Shown: positions 23,034-37,246 of the stretch, piece by piece
Layout of the letters: each line of letters opens with the position of its first letter
Position numbering within the stretch: the stretch's first letter is position 1
Notes under the pieces: model-generated
The model's input: the letters and a program-made list of their open reading frames with translations, nothing else
Told to the model about the DNA's origin: nothing
Databases searched by the model: none
Translations under genes and position numbers: made by a program
Assembly (NCBI GenBank): GCA_965235115.1
Contig: OZ249441.1
Location: forward strand, 16,988,001-17,052,000
Source: Laetmonice hystrix
Taxonomy: Eukaryota
Length of the DNA: 64,000 nt
Direction of reading: 5' to 3'

Positions 23034-26000
23034 ATGAGTGCAAATCAGCGAGCCTGTCCCTTATGTCATAAGGAGATAGGATCTGAAGATAAAGTCGAGA
23101 TTGGGCAAAAAGGTGCAGATGGCATCAATAATGCAAGTGTACTGAGATGTGATAACATCTTTGTAACGCCTGGGACTACAGTACACAAGTCTTGTCGTCT
23201 GACGTATGTTAATAAGAAGGACATTGAGAAGCATAACACTTGTAGAGTTAAAGTTGATTCTAGCTCATCGATGAAGAGAAGTGCACGCCTTTCTATGGGG
23301 AAATTTGATAGTAAAACAGACTGCTTATTCTGTGGCAACAAAATTATGGGGAGCAAAAGTGTTGATGACTACAGCTGTGTTAAAACTTATAACTTTGTGC
23401 ATACGACACTGGCACACTGTAAAACACGAGGTGATGAATGGGCTCTAACTATCCAAGGACGTATTCAATACTTCAGTGGAGACCTTCATGCGGCAGACTG
23501 TTTGTACCATCATTCGTGTGATGTAAATTTCCGAACTGGTCGAGATGTTCCTATGCAGCACCAGGCAGGACCTAGTAGTAAGCAAAAGAAAGTTGGGCGT
23601 CCAAAGGGCACGGACCAGGAGCAAGCGTTTCAAAAGGTGTGTCATTACTTGGAGGAGAATGATGAGGAACAATTGACGGTTTCCTCCCTTGCTAGTATGA
23701 TGAAGGCATTTTTGCAGGATACTAATTCTGCCCCATACAGCAATTATTATCTGAAGTCCAAGCTTTTGGAACACTACGGCGATTCCATATTCGTCACTGA
23801 GGGCGAGAGACTCCATGATATTGTGACATTTTGAGAGAAGACTCACCGAATATTACGCGATTACTCCAACATGCCAAATAAGGATGATGAGGAAGCACAT
23901 AAGAGAGCGATAATAGAAACTGCAGCAAAATTCATCAAAAGTGATATAAAAACCGTTATCACACCTTTAAAGGACGAGTACCCGAAAGCTTCCGACCTTG
24001 ACCTGGAATCTGCTTTAGGGTACATTCCGCCTAGTTTGCGCTGTATGCTTCAACATCTTCTTGTTGGAAAGGACAGCCGTCGGAAAGAAGCGAGTAATGG
24101 GCAAAGTATTGTTCAAGCCGTGCGTCCCAGGACTCTGATTGCACCATTACAGGTTGGACTCGCTGTCCAAATGCATCATCACTTCCGATCAAGGTTTCTG
24201 ATAGACAGCCTCTCTGCCATGGGCTTCTGCTCTTCTTACTCAGAAGTACAAAGATTCGAGGAAAACGCCGCTTCTTCAGTTGCTCCTGATGTCCTAGGTT
24301 ATGTCACCAGTATACCTGATATGATGCTGTTGTTTGCAGCAGATAACGTGGACCACAACATTGTGTCACTAGATGGAAAGGGTACCTTCCATGGCATGGG
24401 GATTATAGCAGCCATAACCCCAGGCCAACAAGTCAATCAGACAATTCTCAGACGACAAGTCTCCAAATTAAATATCACTGACCAAGCAAAAGTGGACATT
24501 GTAGAGTACCGTTTTGCAAAACACACATGTCGTTCTATTGCATTTCAACCACTGCCAGTTCTCAGTGACGTGGGCCACAATATTGACATATTGTGGGAAG
24601 TATCTTTTCACTTCAGTCAACCAGTACCAAATTGGCAAGGAACGATGCACATACTACACAAGCAATTGGACCATCGTGGACAGTCTTCAGTAGTCTTTTT
24701 GCCAATGATTGATATGTACCCTGGCAACAAGACATGTATTTTCTCTACCCTTGAGTACATTTGCAAGCTTGCATCCAAGTACGACACTGCACCAGTAGTC
24801 ACCTTCGACCAGCCACTCTTCTGGAAAGCATCCGAAATAATACAGGAGGTTCCTGACAATAGTCCGATACGAGATGTTGTCCTGTTACTGGGCAGCTTCC
24901 ACACATTTATGAATTTGCTGGGGGCTATAGGAACATTAATGGATGGAAGTGGCCTCAAAGACATCATGGGGACGATATATGGTGAAAACGCAGTGGTACA
25001 CATGATGAGCGGTAAAGCTGTGCAGCGCTCATTTCGTGGACATCTTCTTGTCAGTCAGTGTCTTACGCAGGGGCCTCGGGTGGCCGAGTGGTCAAAGGTG
25101 CTGGCTCATGACACCTAGGACCATCGCCTCACACCGCTGCGGTTCGGGTTCGATCCCCGGCCAGGGCTGCATGTGTGAAAGGTTTGTCAGTCAGTTCCTT
25201 CCCGAAGGTCGGTGGTTTCCTCCGGGCACTCCGGTTTCCTCCACCAAGAAAAACTGACTTTCATCATCATCATCTTCACCGCCGTGATATGACCCTGGCT
25301 GTTGCAAGGCGTAAAACCCCAAATACCCCCCCCCCCCTCAGTGTCTTACGCAACAGATCACAGCCAAAGTCATTGAAGATGAGCCAGCCTTTGAGAACTT
25401 GATTGAAGAACTCAACAGAGTGTACAGTCTAATGGAGGCCGGTGAGATTAACTTGGATAAACTTTTGATGTCAGACTGCATTGAAAGGATTGGGAAAGCA
25501 CTGGCTTCTAAAAGATGTGAACTATCCAATAGTTCAAATACAAGCAAATTGTGGCTGAACTACCAAAAAATGTTGGGAGTTGCCCGGGAGCTCATCGAAG
25601 CTGATCGCACAGGGTCGTGGCAAATGCACCTCCATGCCATATCTGAGTGCTTACCTATATTTGCTGCTGCAGGGCACGCCAATTACCTAAAGTCGGCTTA
25701 TCTCTACCTCCAGAAAATGGAGGCGTTGGAAACTGAAAATCCTCCAGTGTTCCAGAAGTTCAGCAATGGATTCCATGTCATAAGGCGTTCCAATCAGTAC
25801 TGGGCTGGCCTTGGCTCTGACTTGGTCATTGAGCAGACGCTGATGCGGTCTCTAAAGGGTATTGGTGGATTAACCAGAGGCAGTGGCATGACTGAACACC
25901 AAAGAGCCATTTGGACAATGTCTGCACCCATATCCTCCACATACAGTTATGCCATGCAAGACTTCAGTAGTACAGTGTACACAACAAGTGAACAACACAA

Positions 26001-27338
26001 GGAGGCAACATCTTCTCGAATGGAGAGGGACAGCGCAGACTTCCAAAAACTTGCAACTAAACTTGAACAACATTCACCCTTCTCGGAGGAGACGACCCTG
26101 AGAAACATTATCACAGGGATAAACGCTGCTGAAGATGTAAATGTCCAAGACCTTTTCGTTGTAGGGAGAAAAACTGTTAAAGAAATGGAAGGACAATCTG
26201 TCTTTACATATTCGTACAAACGTAATACCGTACTAAAGTCAAAACGCTAGCATCAGTTCGGGCCATCAAGGTCAGTCAGGACGGAACCATTGACCCAGCC
26301 CTGTTATTTCAGAGGTTTCTGGTGGCATCACAGTCTGGAGATCTCTGCCTAGATGAGGTGATGAAGTATGAACTTTTCCCATACCCGCCATCTTTATTCG
26401 AAGCAAAGTATTGCTTAAGGAAACCAGATAAAGCGAAACTTCTGGAGGCTATAAGAACCCATGTCAGTTCATCAGATGCTGCTGTACTTCAGTCCATTCC
26501 GGAGACCAATCACTACGTCATTGATGGAGGTTCATTATTACATCGATTGACCTGGAAGGAAGGAACCACATACAGATCAATTGCCGACACCTACGCCTCC
26601 TTCACGTCCAATCTGCACAGGACAGCAAGGACCTTTACTTTCGGTCCGACAAAGACAAAGATAAGCCATATGTGTATAACATCAAGGTTCTGAAACAGGT
26701 CCTTGGTGATGATGTCTGCTCTGATCTGCTGTTTGCCCACGGGTTCTCTGGTTGTGACACTACATCAAAAGTCTTTGGGGTCGGCAAGAAGTCTGTATTC
26801 CAAAAAGTTGTCATGGGCGATTCTGTCTTGCGTGCATGTTCTCTTTCGTACACCAACACGAGAACAAGTTAATATAGAAACCGCTGGCTGCAAAGCAATG
26901 GTGTCCTTGTTTAATGGGACCCAATCCGAGTCTCTGGTGCCGTTACGCTACAATTTCCTTTGCAAGAAGGTAGCCACAGCAAAGACCTTCGTGAAACCCG
27001 AAAGACTGCCTCCAACAACCTCGGCCACAAACCTTCACTCCCGACGGACTTACTTACAAGTCATGCAATGGATGGGGAAAAACAGCATGGATCCTACTGA
27101 CTGGGGCTGGGCTATAAAAGAAGACAAACTTGTCCCACTAATGATGGACAATTGTCCTGCACCAGACCAACTGCTCAAAATGATTCGGTGCAACTGCTGC
27201 ACAGGATGCAGCACTCTAAAATGCAGCTGCAAAAAACATGGCCTTGAATGCACCACAGCTTGTGGACATTGTCAATATGGCAACTGTGACAACATGGGTC
27301 AACAGCCAGTTACCGATGACGAGGACTGTGAAGTTTAA
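23034..27338 (+). pseudogene. Academ transposase / XPG-like nuclease / C-terminal Cys-rich (CXC) polyprotein, disrupted
   Basis: Motifs: CPLC; DLHAADCLYHHSC; DNVDHN...GTFHGMG; VTFDQPL; LGSFH; DLVIEQTLMR; GFSGCDTTS..FGVGKK (XPG/FEN1 H3TH-like); CNC..GC....CSC.K.GL.CT..CG.C. Lesions: in-frame TGA at 23832-23834, SINE at 25070-25337, frameshift near 26230-26245, apparent internal deletion with frame change near 26620, frameshift near 26850. Confidence 0.88.
25070..25337 (+). mobile_element. tRNA-derived SINE inserted in the transposase ORF
   Basis: A box tggccgagtgg, B box ggttcgatccc, core ggtggtttcctccgggcactccggtttcctccacc, poly-C tail. 15-bp TSD tcagtgtcttacgca (25055-25069, 25338-25352); excising the SINE and one TSD restores the reading frame. 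Confidence 0.95.
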
Positions 27339-27630
27339 GTTAACACACACAGTACTATGTCATTACGTCAATCTTCACATTCCCAACTCAGGTGAATAGG
27401 ACCCATCAAGCTGTCAGTGTAAGATAATTATGTAGGCTTACCTTGTATATATGCTTAACTTTAGTAAGTGGGCCATTTTCGCCCAGGTCCTGAAAAACTA
27501 CGTCATGACGTTATTCTGGACGTCATGACGTAACACGCACTTCTATTACTTAAAGATATAAAGCTTACTTTTAGCAGAATCAACTAATGGATTCACGCTT
27601 ACAGTGGTGAAACATTGCAGAATCTAACAA

Positions 27631-28158
27631 TATGAGTAGACTTTAGCCATTTTTAAACATAGGCGGCCATCTTGTTTGACCTATTATTTAGACCCTTTCC
27701 TATGGTCCCGAAATATTTGCGAAATATATATATGGTTCCGCTCTAGCCCTTCTGGTACAGAAAAGTACCGTAAAAGGGTTTCTTGTCATTTTTGAGGGGT
27801 AGGTCTTGTTGGTGTATGGCATATTTTGATCAAATTTGACCTTGATCTTGACCTTAACCCAGGACCTTGACCTCTGACGACTTCAAAAGTACCACCAAAC
27901 GAATGGGCATCCTAATTTTAGTTGAATATGACACCTGAAATGTGTTTCTGTGTTAATTTGTTCCAAATTTAGGTTCATTTGATTATTAGAGTCCATATAT
28001 GTCGGCCATTTTGGATTTGAGCCGAAAACGAGGCTTTCCCCATGTCCGATTTTTGCCAACTTTTGATATGTTCTTTTCCAGACCTTATTCTATAGAAAAC
28101 CACCTTAAAACGTTTTCTTGCAATTTGTTGGGGGTCATGTCCTAAATTGACCCGACTA
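27631..28158. repeat. Right TIR of the Academ element
   Basis: Reverse complement of 18899-19392 plus 29 terminal bp ending in CTA. Confidence 0.92.
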
Positions 28159-29052
28159 CTTCATAAATACTGGTATATTACAGCATCCGATTATTACCAA
28201 TACAATAATAAAATGTGTTATTGTATTGGTAATAATCGTCATGTTTTCGCTATTCAATCTTTGGTCCCAATAAAGGTTGGCGCCATATAGTTAGCAAGAT
28301 TTAGCAACATTGCACAAACACTGTTCTTCTCAATCACCATTCATTGAATCCGGAAGGGAGGGGCACGTCACGAAAGTCTAGGTCACAACAACACCAGGGT
28401 CTGAGTGTACCTTCACAATCAGACACTCAATAAACAAGTCCAAGTACCAAAAGACAACGTTTATATTAAGGACATTTTTTATTTTTAAAAGCTAAGCAAT
28501 GTTCTCTCCCTTTCTCGGGTGTGGGGGGTGGGGTGGAGTGGGTGTGTGGGTGTGGGGGAGGTGGGGGGTTGGCCATGTACCTGATCAAATGGAAATCGCT
28601 TAAACCTAGAAAAGAACCAATACTCTACAAATCACGAAGCACCCGTTTCCCTTTAAACCCCCTAAAATTGGCACGCCTTGAATATCGGACGTGATTATGG
28701 ACATATCGCGGATGCTACAGGTGTCTAGCATGTCGTGTCTGATCGTCCTCAGGGCCGGTAACATGTCGGGATACCCGGGTCGTCCCGGCAGCCCGTGACA
28801 GTGGGCCTGGTACGGGCTGGTGGCCGTGACCACCCGAGGGTGTGCCGCCCCACACAGCCCCGGCAGAGACGGACACGCCAAGATAAGATGAAACGCCAGT
28901 CTGGTGCTCTATCATTGCAAATACGGCGGCTGCTATCTTTACGTGTCACCGACTGACGCGTCTCGCTTCTATCTTACGCCGATGACTGTCATTGGTGGAG
29001 CAATGACAGCAAGTTTCTTCTCCCTCGAAATCTATTTTTTCTGATCACTTTG

Positions 29053-29199
29053 TAGCATAATTTGTATATTTCTTAGGTATATTTCGATTAGCATAATTTG
29101 TATATTTCTTACGCATATTTCGATTAGCATAATTTGTATATTTCTTACGTATATTTCGATTAGCATAATTTGTATATTTCTTACGTATATTTCGATTAG
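29053..29199. repeat. 36-bp AT-rich tandem repeat, 4 copies
   Basis: Unit tagcataatttgtatatttcttacgtatatttcgat. Confidence 0.95.
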
Positions 29200-31179
29200 G
29201 GTTATCGTTGGCGTGTAGTAGCCAGTTAATTTCACTGCTGAATATGTTGGCCGGGACACTCCCTCCTAACTACATCTAACTGCAATTTCGGTTTTGATGT
29301 AAGCCAATAGATCTCCACTTCAGTCGAACGTTCCAACTAACCTCATATTGAACGAAATCTAAATCTAGTGGATCATTTCTTCACACAAGTCTTTAGATTT
29401 ACCAACTGATAATACTAATATCTCTAGTCGATATGTCTTACATTTAACGTTTACAATTCTCCGGTGATTTGTGTAAACCTCGCCAACCGCAAACTGAAAG
29501 TCGCTAAATTGATAACAACGCAACTTTAGGAGTGAGGATATTACTGGAGGATATTACTTCCCAATTTTATATAAAAAAGAAGTAACAAATATCGTTCCTC
29601 CCACGCTTCGAACAGCAACACGAGAAGCACGCAGTGGAAATAAAGCAGAGGAGCAGAGAAAACAATAATACAGTAAGCGTGCCTCCATTCTGCTCAACAC
29701 AACTGGGGCACATACTGACGGGCATGGGATCCGCAACTATTCCCTCCAATCAGGTAAATGTGTTTGGCCGACAATCGTTGATGGAAACTTGATGAACGGC
29801 TGCGAGTGAGAGAATATAGTTGTATTGGCAAGCAGAATATAGAGGTATACAGCCACGTGAAACAAACCAGGTTTGGACTGAGCAATACATCCCAGGAGAT
29901 TGATCAATGGAGATGTACCAATAATGACATAGGACCCTGCAGAATAGCAAAGTGAGATACTTGTACGCTAGAAAGCCTTGCCATAATGTCCGAATAAACG
30001 GCAAAGCGGGATTTAATTATATGGCCAAGGAGAAACTGGGAGAATTCCAACTCTTTCAAAAAAGAATGCCCACTCGCACAGACATGGCTTGGCACAAGCC
30101 CTCGCCCCATTCATCGCCTCTTACGAACAGCCAGGGGTTTGGGCTGAGGATCATTCTTACCCCTGATCCCCAAGGGGGTTCAAGGCTGTCAAGTGACATT
30201 GAGATAGAAGAAATACTCAGGAACTGCTCGGGTTGAGATCATGTATCTGACAGTCCCTGTGATAATGGCCCTGCAGAATGTTTCAAAACAGTTCAATGCA
30301 TTTTAGCGAAACTGCGAAGATAAATGGCCAAGGACTGGCTTATGGTAGTTATACAAAATACATAATTCAAGAAAAGCGCTGATAACATATAATAACCAAT
30401 ATACACCAATAAACAGATCAACCTTATATATTGATGAGAAAGTTTCTGCTCAGAGGATATTGGCTACTGCAGTGCAATGTATCCCTAACCCTACACCCAG
30501 GCACCGTCCGCCTTTCGCACGGTCTCTGGCCCCTTGGCAAGGCTTCAGGTATTACCGTATTGATTTTGTATTGCTGGAAAAAACCCAGTAACGGGGATTT
30601 ACATGCTGGCCTAGAGTAATGTTTGACCTTGGCTCAAAATCAAACTTTAACTATAATGTGAGCAATCTTCGACCACTAAAACATCGTGCAATACAAAAAT
30701 CCTGTTTCCACCTTTACTACGTTTATGACTATTGACCTAACAGCGCCCTTGAGACAGCCAGTGCAATATTTACACCTGGCAAATGCACGAATCTGGTGCA
30801 GTGTGGCATTACGTATTCCCACGAGGACGGGATCCAGGGGATGGGCAGTTTACCAAATAGTGACTTGGCGCCGAAGTGAGGGAATTCCCTGGTTTGGGGT
30901 GTTTGTTTCCTGGTTATAGTACTATACCACAGACGTAATGATCAATAATGTATTGAGGTTCTGTTATGGCGTTTTTCATTAAAGATCTTCCGTTACGAAA
31001 TGCCAACAACCTATTCTTCTCTCTCGGGAAATTCTAAAGTTTCACTCAAATTTGGAGGTCTGATGCTCTAAGGGCAATTTAGCGATAATAGGACTTATCC
31101 AACCGACGCATAAAAATAAATATAAGACCTACGAGTTGTCCTCTCCAGTCCCTATAAACCACCGGTTCCAATCAACTAT

Positions 31180-31346
31180 TATTGGCGGATCCAAGGGGGG
31201 CTAAGGGGGCTTATTCCCCCCTAAATTCTGAACGTTATTTTTATCATCCAATTATGATCATATTTATCATATATCTGAGCCCTAGGCCTAACAATATGTG
31301 TTTGCCCGATGGTTAGCCGCCTAAAAAAATTCTGGATCCGCCCATG
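31180..31346. mobile_element. GGCGGATCC-end MITE
   Basis: tattggcggatcc ... ggatccgcccatg. Confidence 0.7.
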
Positions 31347-32862
31347 ACTGGTCCAGGTGTCAGTACAAATGAGCTAGACTTTCAATACTGTACTGAGATA
31401 TGGTTTAGAATTGAACCACTGGGCGTGACTTACACATTTGATGAACTTTATATAGATCTGCTAGAATGAGAAGCTCTCGATTTACAAATTCCAAATTTAC
31501 AAATTCCAAAATGGCGCAGGTGAATGTTGCCGATAAGGCCGATCCATCAATCTGTTACCCTTTGTATTCAAACCAAATCGACAATCCCACTTCACACCTC
31601 ATAAACCTCACACACCCTTACGGTAATTTCATCATGGTGATGGGTTCAAAGAAACCCTTAAAATAACCTTGGCCCACACACCTCCGTGCTAGTTTTGGCT
31701 GTTTTACGTCACTTTTTGTTCTGCCTGGGGCAGTGATAGATTAAAGTCAATCGATACGATGTAAAATTGTGCACTTTTCCATGTGAATAAAAACGCAGGT
31801 ACTAAAAGTGGTTTTCACCGTTACACGGTACCATGCAAGGACCAAAATAGAGGATGTAAAATGACGGGCTATATTGTGAGCTCTTGTTTTCTTTCAATGT
31901 CACTGATACGACAGTGATTTTGCAATGGTAGGTATCCTAGGTGACTTCGATACAGTTTACAACATGACGTCCCAGCGACGGGTGCGGGCGATTGTGGATT
32001 CCACGTCATAAAAACTTTGTTAGTAGTCTTTCTAAAAGAGTTGTGTGGAGGGAAGTGAAGAGTTTGCAATTTAGAAATATAGTTATTCCCCCGCAGAAAA
32101 ATTCCCACAAAATTGGGCGTAGATTCATAAATCATAATATAATAAAAAGGTAATATTTAGGTTACCTGTGTGATTTATCATGGATTCTCTTTCAACAGCC
32201 CAGAATGTTATTTGTAAGGGCACTGATTAACCGTACGCGTAAAGCTACCATCCCATGTGTCCGTATTCATCAAAATTAAAACAAGTTGGAGTGATTCCAT
32301 GTGTGCATAGTGCGTAATCAGTGGGGGGTCCAGGATTTTGATTGTGCCTGTATTACACACCCACACAACACCCACACACACACAATAATTGCTATTAACA
32401 CACTTCTAAATGTTTTATTCTATTCAAATACTATATATTATTCAAATATATATATAGTCATAACATCTTCATCAAAAAAAAGGAAGGGAAATCTAAGGGG
32501 GGGGGGGGGCGGCCTCCTGGATCCCAGAGTGGTAATGCGTAATGTCTTGTGCGTTGTGTATTCACTGCTCCCGAGGGCGGTTAATACACATGACACAGCG
32601 TAATCGATCACATATATGACGTCACCAAGAGGGTTTCCGTAGAGGTCCAGATTCCTCTAGATTGAAATGAGTAAACGTATACATGATAGAAGTTACAAAA
32701 TAGACTACAGTAAAGACTGGACAACCCTGTGACTTCAATTACTGGGACTACAAAACGGCTGCATTATTTTAATAACTGCTTTTTATAGGAAAACATAATC
32801 AGTACACACAAAACAAAATACAGTGGCACCTCTCGATGAAGAGCTCCCTTACCACTTCTCTA

Positions 32863-33090
32863 CAGTATGTCCCCAAAAAATGATAGTCTAACTTTAGGTG
32901 TGCAATACACTTAGATATTTTAGAGGATTGTCGAATTTTGAATTTTGAAGTTGAAGTTGAACATAAAGTTTGATCCCCCTAGATAACTCTCAGCAAGTTT
33001 GGTCTTGACAGGGTCACGCATTACTGATCACAACCAGTATCTCTTTATGACAATGGAACACAGACTATCATTTTTTGGGGGGACATACTG
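32863..33090. mobile_element. Tc1/mariner-type MITE
   Basis: TIR cagtatgtccccaaaaaatgatagtct / agactatcattttttggggggacatactg; TA on both sides (32861-32862, 33091-33092). Confidence 0.85.
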
Positions 33091-35181
33091 TAGAAGCAAT
33101 ACGGTCCAGGTAGGCCTACCACCTACTGCACGAAGAGTCCCCCACCACGACTTGGACGCACCAGATCACCCACGCATCAGATTTTGACGGACACATGGGA
33201 TCAGTGAATATACGCATTACGAACTACGCATTATGATAGTGGAGAAGGCTACGCATCACGCCCACACTACGTACACATGCCCTCGCCGCCCTTCGTCGAA
33301 ACTGATGGGAAATTAGGGGCATACATTATAAGAAACGATTAGTATTCCCACCGACTAAACGCTGTGTTAATTGTCATTATCTTCTGTGAAAGTCCTAATG
33401 GACGCCAAGTACGGAAGTTAAGACACTATACCTCAGCATTTGTGGGGGCGTTGTATCACTAGTAAGTGTTCAGACAAAGGCAGGGTCACCATTGTATCGG
33501 CTTCTAACAGGGGGGCCTGACAGGGCAGCAGCATGTGACAACGTCCAACCTTATAGCAGTTCCAACATCAGAATTTCTGAACACGCCAATCTTGGTCCAC
33601 TAACCGCGACCACACGGTGACAACGAGCGGCCTCCCGGTCAGCTGACCACCACAAACAGACATCAGGCGCGATTTATGAGCTTGTTTTAATACCTGCCTT
33701 CCAATACCTGCTTCTGTAGAGGGTAGTTACCCTTCCTTAGGACAACAGACCATTATATTGGCCGTGGGGTTCTTGCTACTAAGTATGCCTACATTGACAA
33801 CCAGTAAGTGGAATGGCAATATCGCTAAAAAGTCTCGCTGATGCAGCATTTGATTTTATTGACCTATCAAATTCTAAATGATCCAAATATTATTAAGTGT
33901 TTAAAGGCCCTTTTCACACACTGTGATAACACATTCTGTTATCACAGTGTGTTTTAACACACTGTGATAACACAGAAAGCTAAAAGCCTTGCGTCCTGGC
34001 GCTCGTCAATTAGCAACTTGATATAGAGACAGCTTCGCCATGGGACAGCCCCTGACGTCATACTATCACCCTAGTCCTGTGTTCATGAGCAAAAACTCTC
34101 TCCATAGCCGACGTGTATTAATCTCCAACTATATCCCTTAACTTTCTTCGTAGTTACCCCTTTACAGTCTCACCTGCTCAGAGAACTGCAGTATATGTTC
34201 GAGCACACATACTTGAAACCATCTTTATCGAAGGACTCTACAAAGTATTAAATAAATCATTTCTGACGAAAAGAGGTCGCCTACAATGCCTGAGGGCGAC
34301 TAGAGCTAATGCACCAGGACAGTGTACTCGGTATGGATTCCCTTGCACTGACGGCGGGTTCCCTGGCAATCTGTGGTCTCGGTGAAGGTCTAGCTCAGGC
34401 CATCTAATTTACGGCAGGATCTACGTACAGGAGAAGACACTGGTCCAAAATAATAGAAGCAGTAACCTTTTTCTCAGGCGCCCGGCGCCTTCTTCAATTT
34501 GTGCTGTTAAACTGCTAGAATTCCACGCGAGGTCAAACTTCGGCAAATTAAACTGTACGCAAACGGATTTTCTAAAAAAAATAAAGGTACTGAACTCTTA
34601 GTAGTAAAATGTCAAAGGTCAAAGTGACGCTAAAGGGAAAGAATACTGATTTATTTTAAATGCTCAGCTATCTTTTACCATGGATAATTCTCTTGCCAAG
34701 AAACTTCTGCGGAAGTCGCTTGCTACTTCTGAGGCCCTCTTGACATTTTTGAGGGCCTAAGCGCCGTCTTCATCGGGTAACGATGCCTCGGTGCGACTTG
34801 AGCAGCGTTTCTCAATGAGCGGTCAGTGAGAGGTGGCCAATCAGCTCGGACCGAGAACTACCAATCCCAACTGGGTCATTGTGCGCGCCACCCACGCACC
34901 GCCGACACGCTGAGGATGAAATATTCACGGAAACAAGCCGCCACTGTCACCGACGCCTTCTCTCAATGCTTCTGTAAGTGCACCATTTCCCTGGCGTCAA
35001 TAAAAACCAAAAGGTGCCGTTTAATCTCCTCGAAGATAAAATCACGGCCTTTACAATCATACTGCCTCCCTGCCTTCAGAGCATCCACACTTCAAGGCGC
35101 AGTCTGAAGGGCATATTCTTTTATATTGGAAATCAAGGGGCTAATTTCACTTCCCATTTCCGATCGGCATTTGATGTGGTA

Positions 35182-36012
35182 GCGGTAACCGACACCAAAT
35201 GTGCTGCTATAGGTAGACGCTAAAACTGCGGTAACCGACACCAAATGAGCTGCTATAGGTAGACGCTAAAACTGCGGTAACCGACACCAAATGAGCTGCT
35301 ATAGGTAGACGCTAAAACTGCGGTAACCGACACCAAATGTGCTGCTATAGGTAGACGCTAAAACTGCGGTAACCGACACCAAATGGGCTGCTATAGGTAG
35401 ACGCTAAAACTGCGGTAACCGACACCAAATGGGCTGCTATAGGTAGACGCTAAAACTGCGGTAACCGACACCAAATGAGCTGCTATAGGTAGACGCTAAA
35501 ACTGCGGTAACCGACACCAAATGAGCTGCTATAGGTAGACGCTAAAACTGCGGTAACCGACACCAAATGTGCTGCTATAGGTAGACAGTAAAACTGCGGT
35601 AACCCACACCAAATGAGCTGCTATAGGTTGACGCTAAAACTGCGGTAACCGACACCAAATGAGCTGCTATAGGTAGACGCTAAAACTGCGGTAACCGACA
35701 CCAAATGAGCTGCTATAGGTAGACGCTAAAACTGCGGTAACCGACACCAAATGTGCTGCTATAGGTAGACAGTAAAACTGCGGTAACCGACACCAAATGT
35801 GCTGCTATAGGTAGACAGTAAAACTGCGGTAACCGACACCAAATGAGCTGCTATAGGTAGACGCTAAAACTGCGGTAACCGACACCAAATGTGCTGCTAT
35901 AGGTAGACAGTAAAACTGCGGTAACCGACACCAAATGAGCTTCTATAGGTAGACGCTAAAACTGCGGTAACCGACACCAAATGAGCTGCTATAGGTAGAC
36001 GCTAAAACTGCG
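35182..36012. repeat. 46-bp minisatellite, 18 copies
   Basis: Unit gcggtaaccgacaccaaatg(a/t/g)gctgctataggtagacgctaaaact. Confidence 0.98.
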
Positions 36013-37246
36013 CCCTAAAACCCGCGGTTGGCTTGGATGGTGGGCAATCTTCACTACCAGATGGTTGTTCTAGTCCCCTTATGTAAATGAACCCCATTTA
36101 TACATCCCCCAGCAGATATGACTACAATGGGTCACTGAGTTTTACGTGCGTACCTTACTTGGTCCTGGACGTTGTCCATTTCACGACCCACTATAACAGT
36201 GACTGATGCAATGCTTTGTTTTCAATAACTGTCTCCTCGAGGAAGTTGCTGCGCCCCAAGTCATATGTTTCCAGACAAATTACTGATAGCAGATCTCAGA
36301 TAAGGGTAAGTTCAACAAGGCCCCTTGAGGACGCTTAAGAAAATTCTTGATGTAATATGTTCAAGTTCATATCTACATACATTATGCTCTGTCAATCTGA
36401 ACTGAACTTGTCAAAGGTCTTCCTGTTAGAGGTCACCAACTGATGTATAAGCTAACTAAAATCTTCAATAGCTTGGGGCACTCAAAATGTCGCTGGTGGT
36501 CCATGCTATTGTTTCGCGAATCTCCTAAGTACATCAAGAGTTCCAGCAGACGGCAGCTGAGGAGAGCAAGCCCCATGAACACTGCACACACTGTTAGATG
36601 GCTGAAGGCTGGACTTCCAACTCAGAGAGTACCCAGTTACAATAGACATATGTTCAGGTTAGACTCTACGCTCAATGGCTCCGCTCACAAGTCACATCAC
36701 ATAGAATTTCGCTCGAAAAGAAAGCCTGACAAAAATCCGATTGGTTCTGTGTGGGGAGCCTGCACATCAGCGTCCCTATTTCATTGACTGCGACAGGTAG
36801 AGGGCTGTTAACCCGCGGGGGACCGCCCCCACCCCCCGATACCACGACGATGAATGTCAACCTCCTATTATATATGGACGCTAAGCAAGGAGATGACCAC
36901 ACATCGTGTCCAGTCAGGCTGGTCACCAAATGATGCGCAATGGTCAGCTATAAGACCGTAATATAGGTGCTATTTCACAGTGAAAAGAGCATGAAATGTA
37001 ACATTTAAGTGCTACGGGAGGTCCTTTATAATTGAAGGTCATTTACTGACACAAGACACAAGACATTGATACAAAATGTATAATACAGCGTTTATAAGTC
37101 CATGTATATAACATAAAAATAATAATAATAAATTGATCAACGTATTACATTTCAAAGTTTGTATACCTGCTAACAAGAAGTTTCACGTCAGTCTACTATA
37201 GTATACGTCTTGTATCTCTATAGTACCAAACATAAATGATAGACAA

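Larger units (their letters stand above)
18899..28158 (+). mobile_element. Academ (AcademX-type) DNA transposon, decayed, with long TIRs
   Basis: Inverted repeat 18899-19392 vs 27631-28129 has only scattered differences by eye. The right end continues to ...cccgaCTA at 28158, giving a TAG terminus as described for Academ. The interior encodes DDE transposase + XPG-like + Cys-rich domains. Confidence 0.85.

Noticed and set aside
25070-25160. tRNA gene (here and at 39557)
   Set aside because: These are SINE heads with TSDs and a shared non-tRNA body.
36443-36787. 114-aa ORF with PDKNPIGSVW, similar to Tc1 SPDLNPIE.W
   Set aside because: Spacing to the upstream motif is wrong, and there are no other DDE motifs or TIRs.
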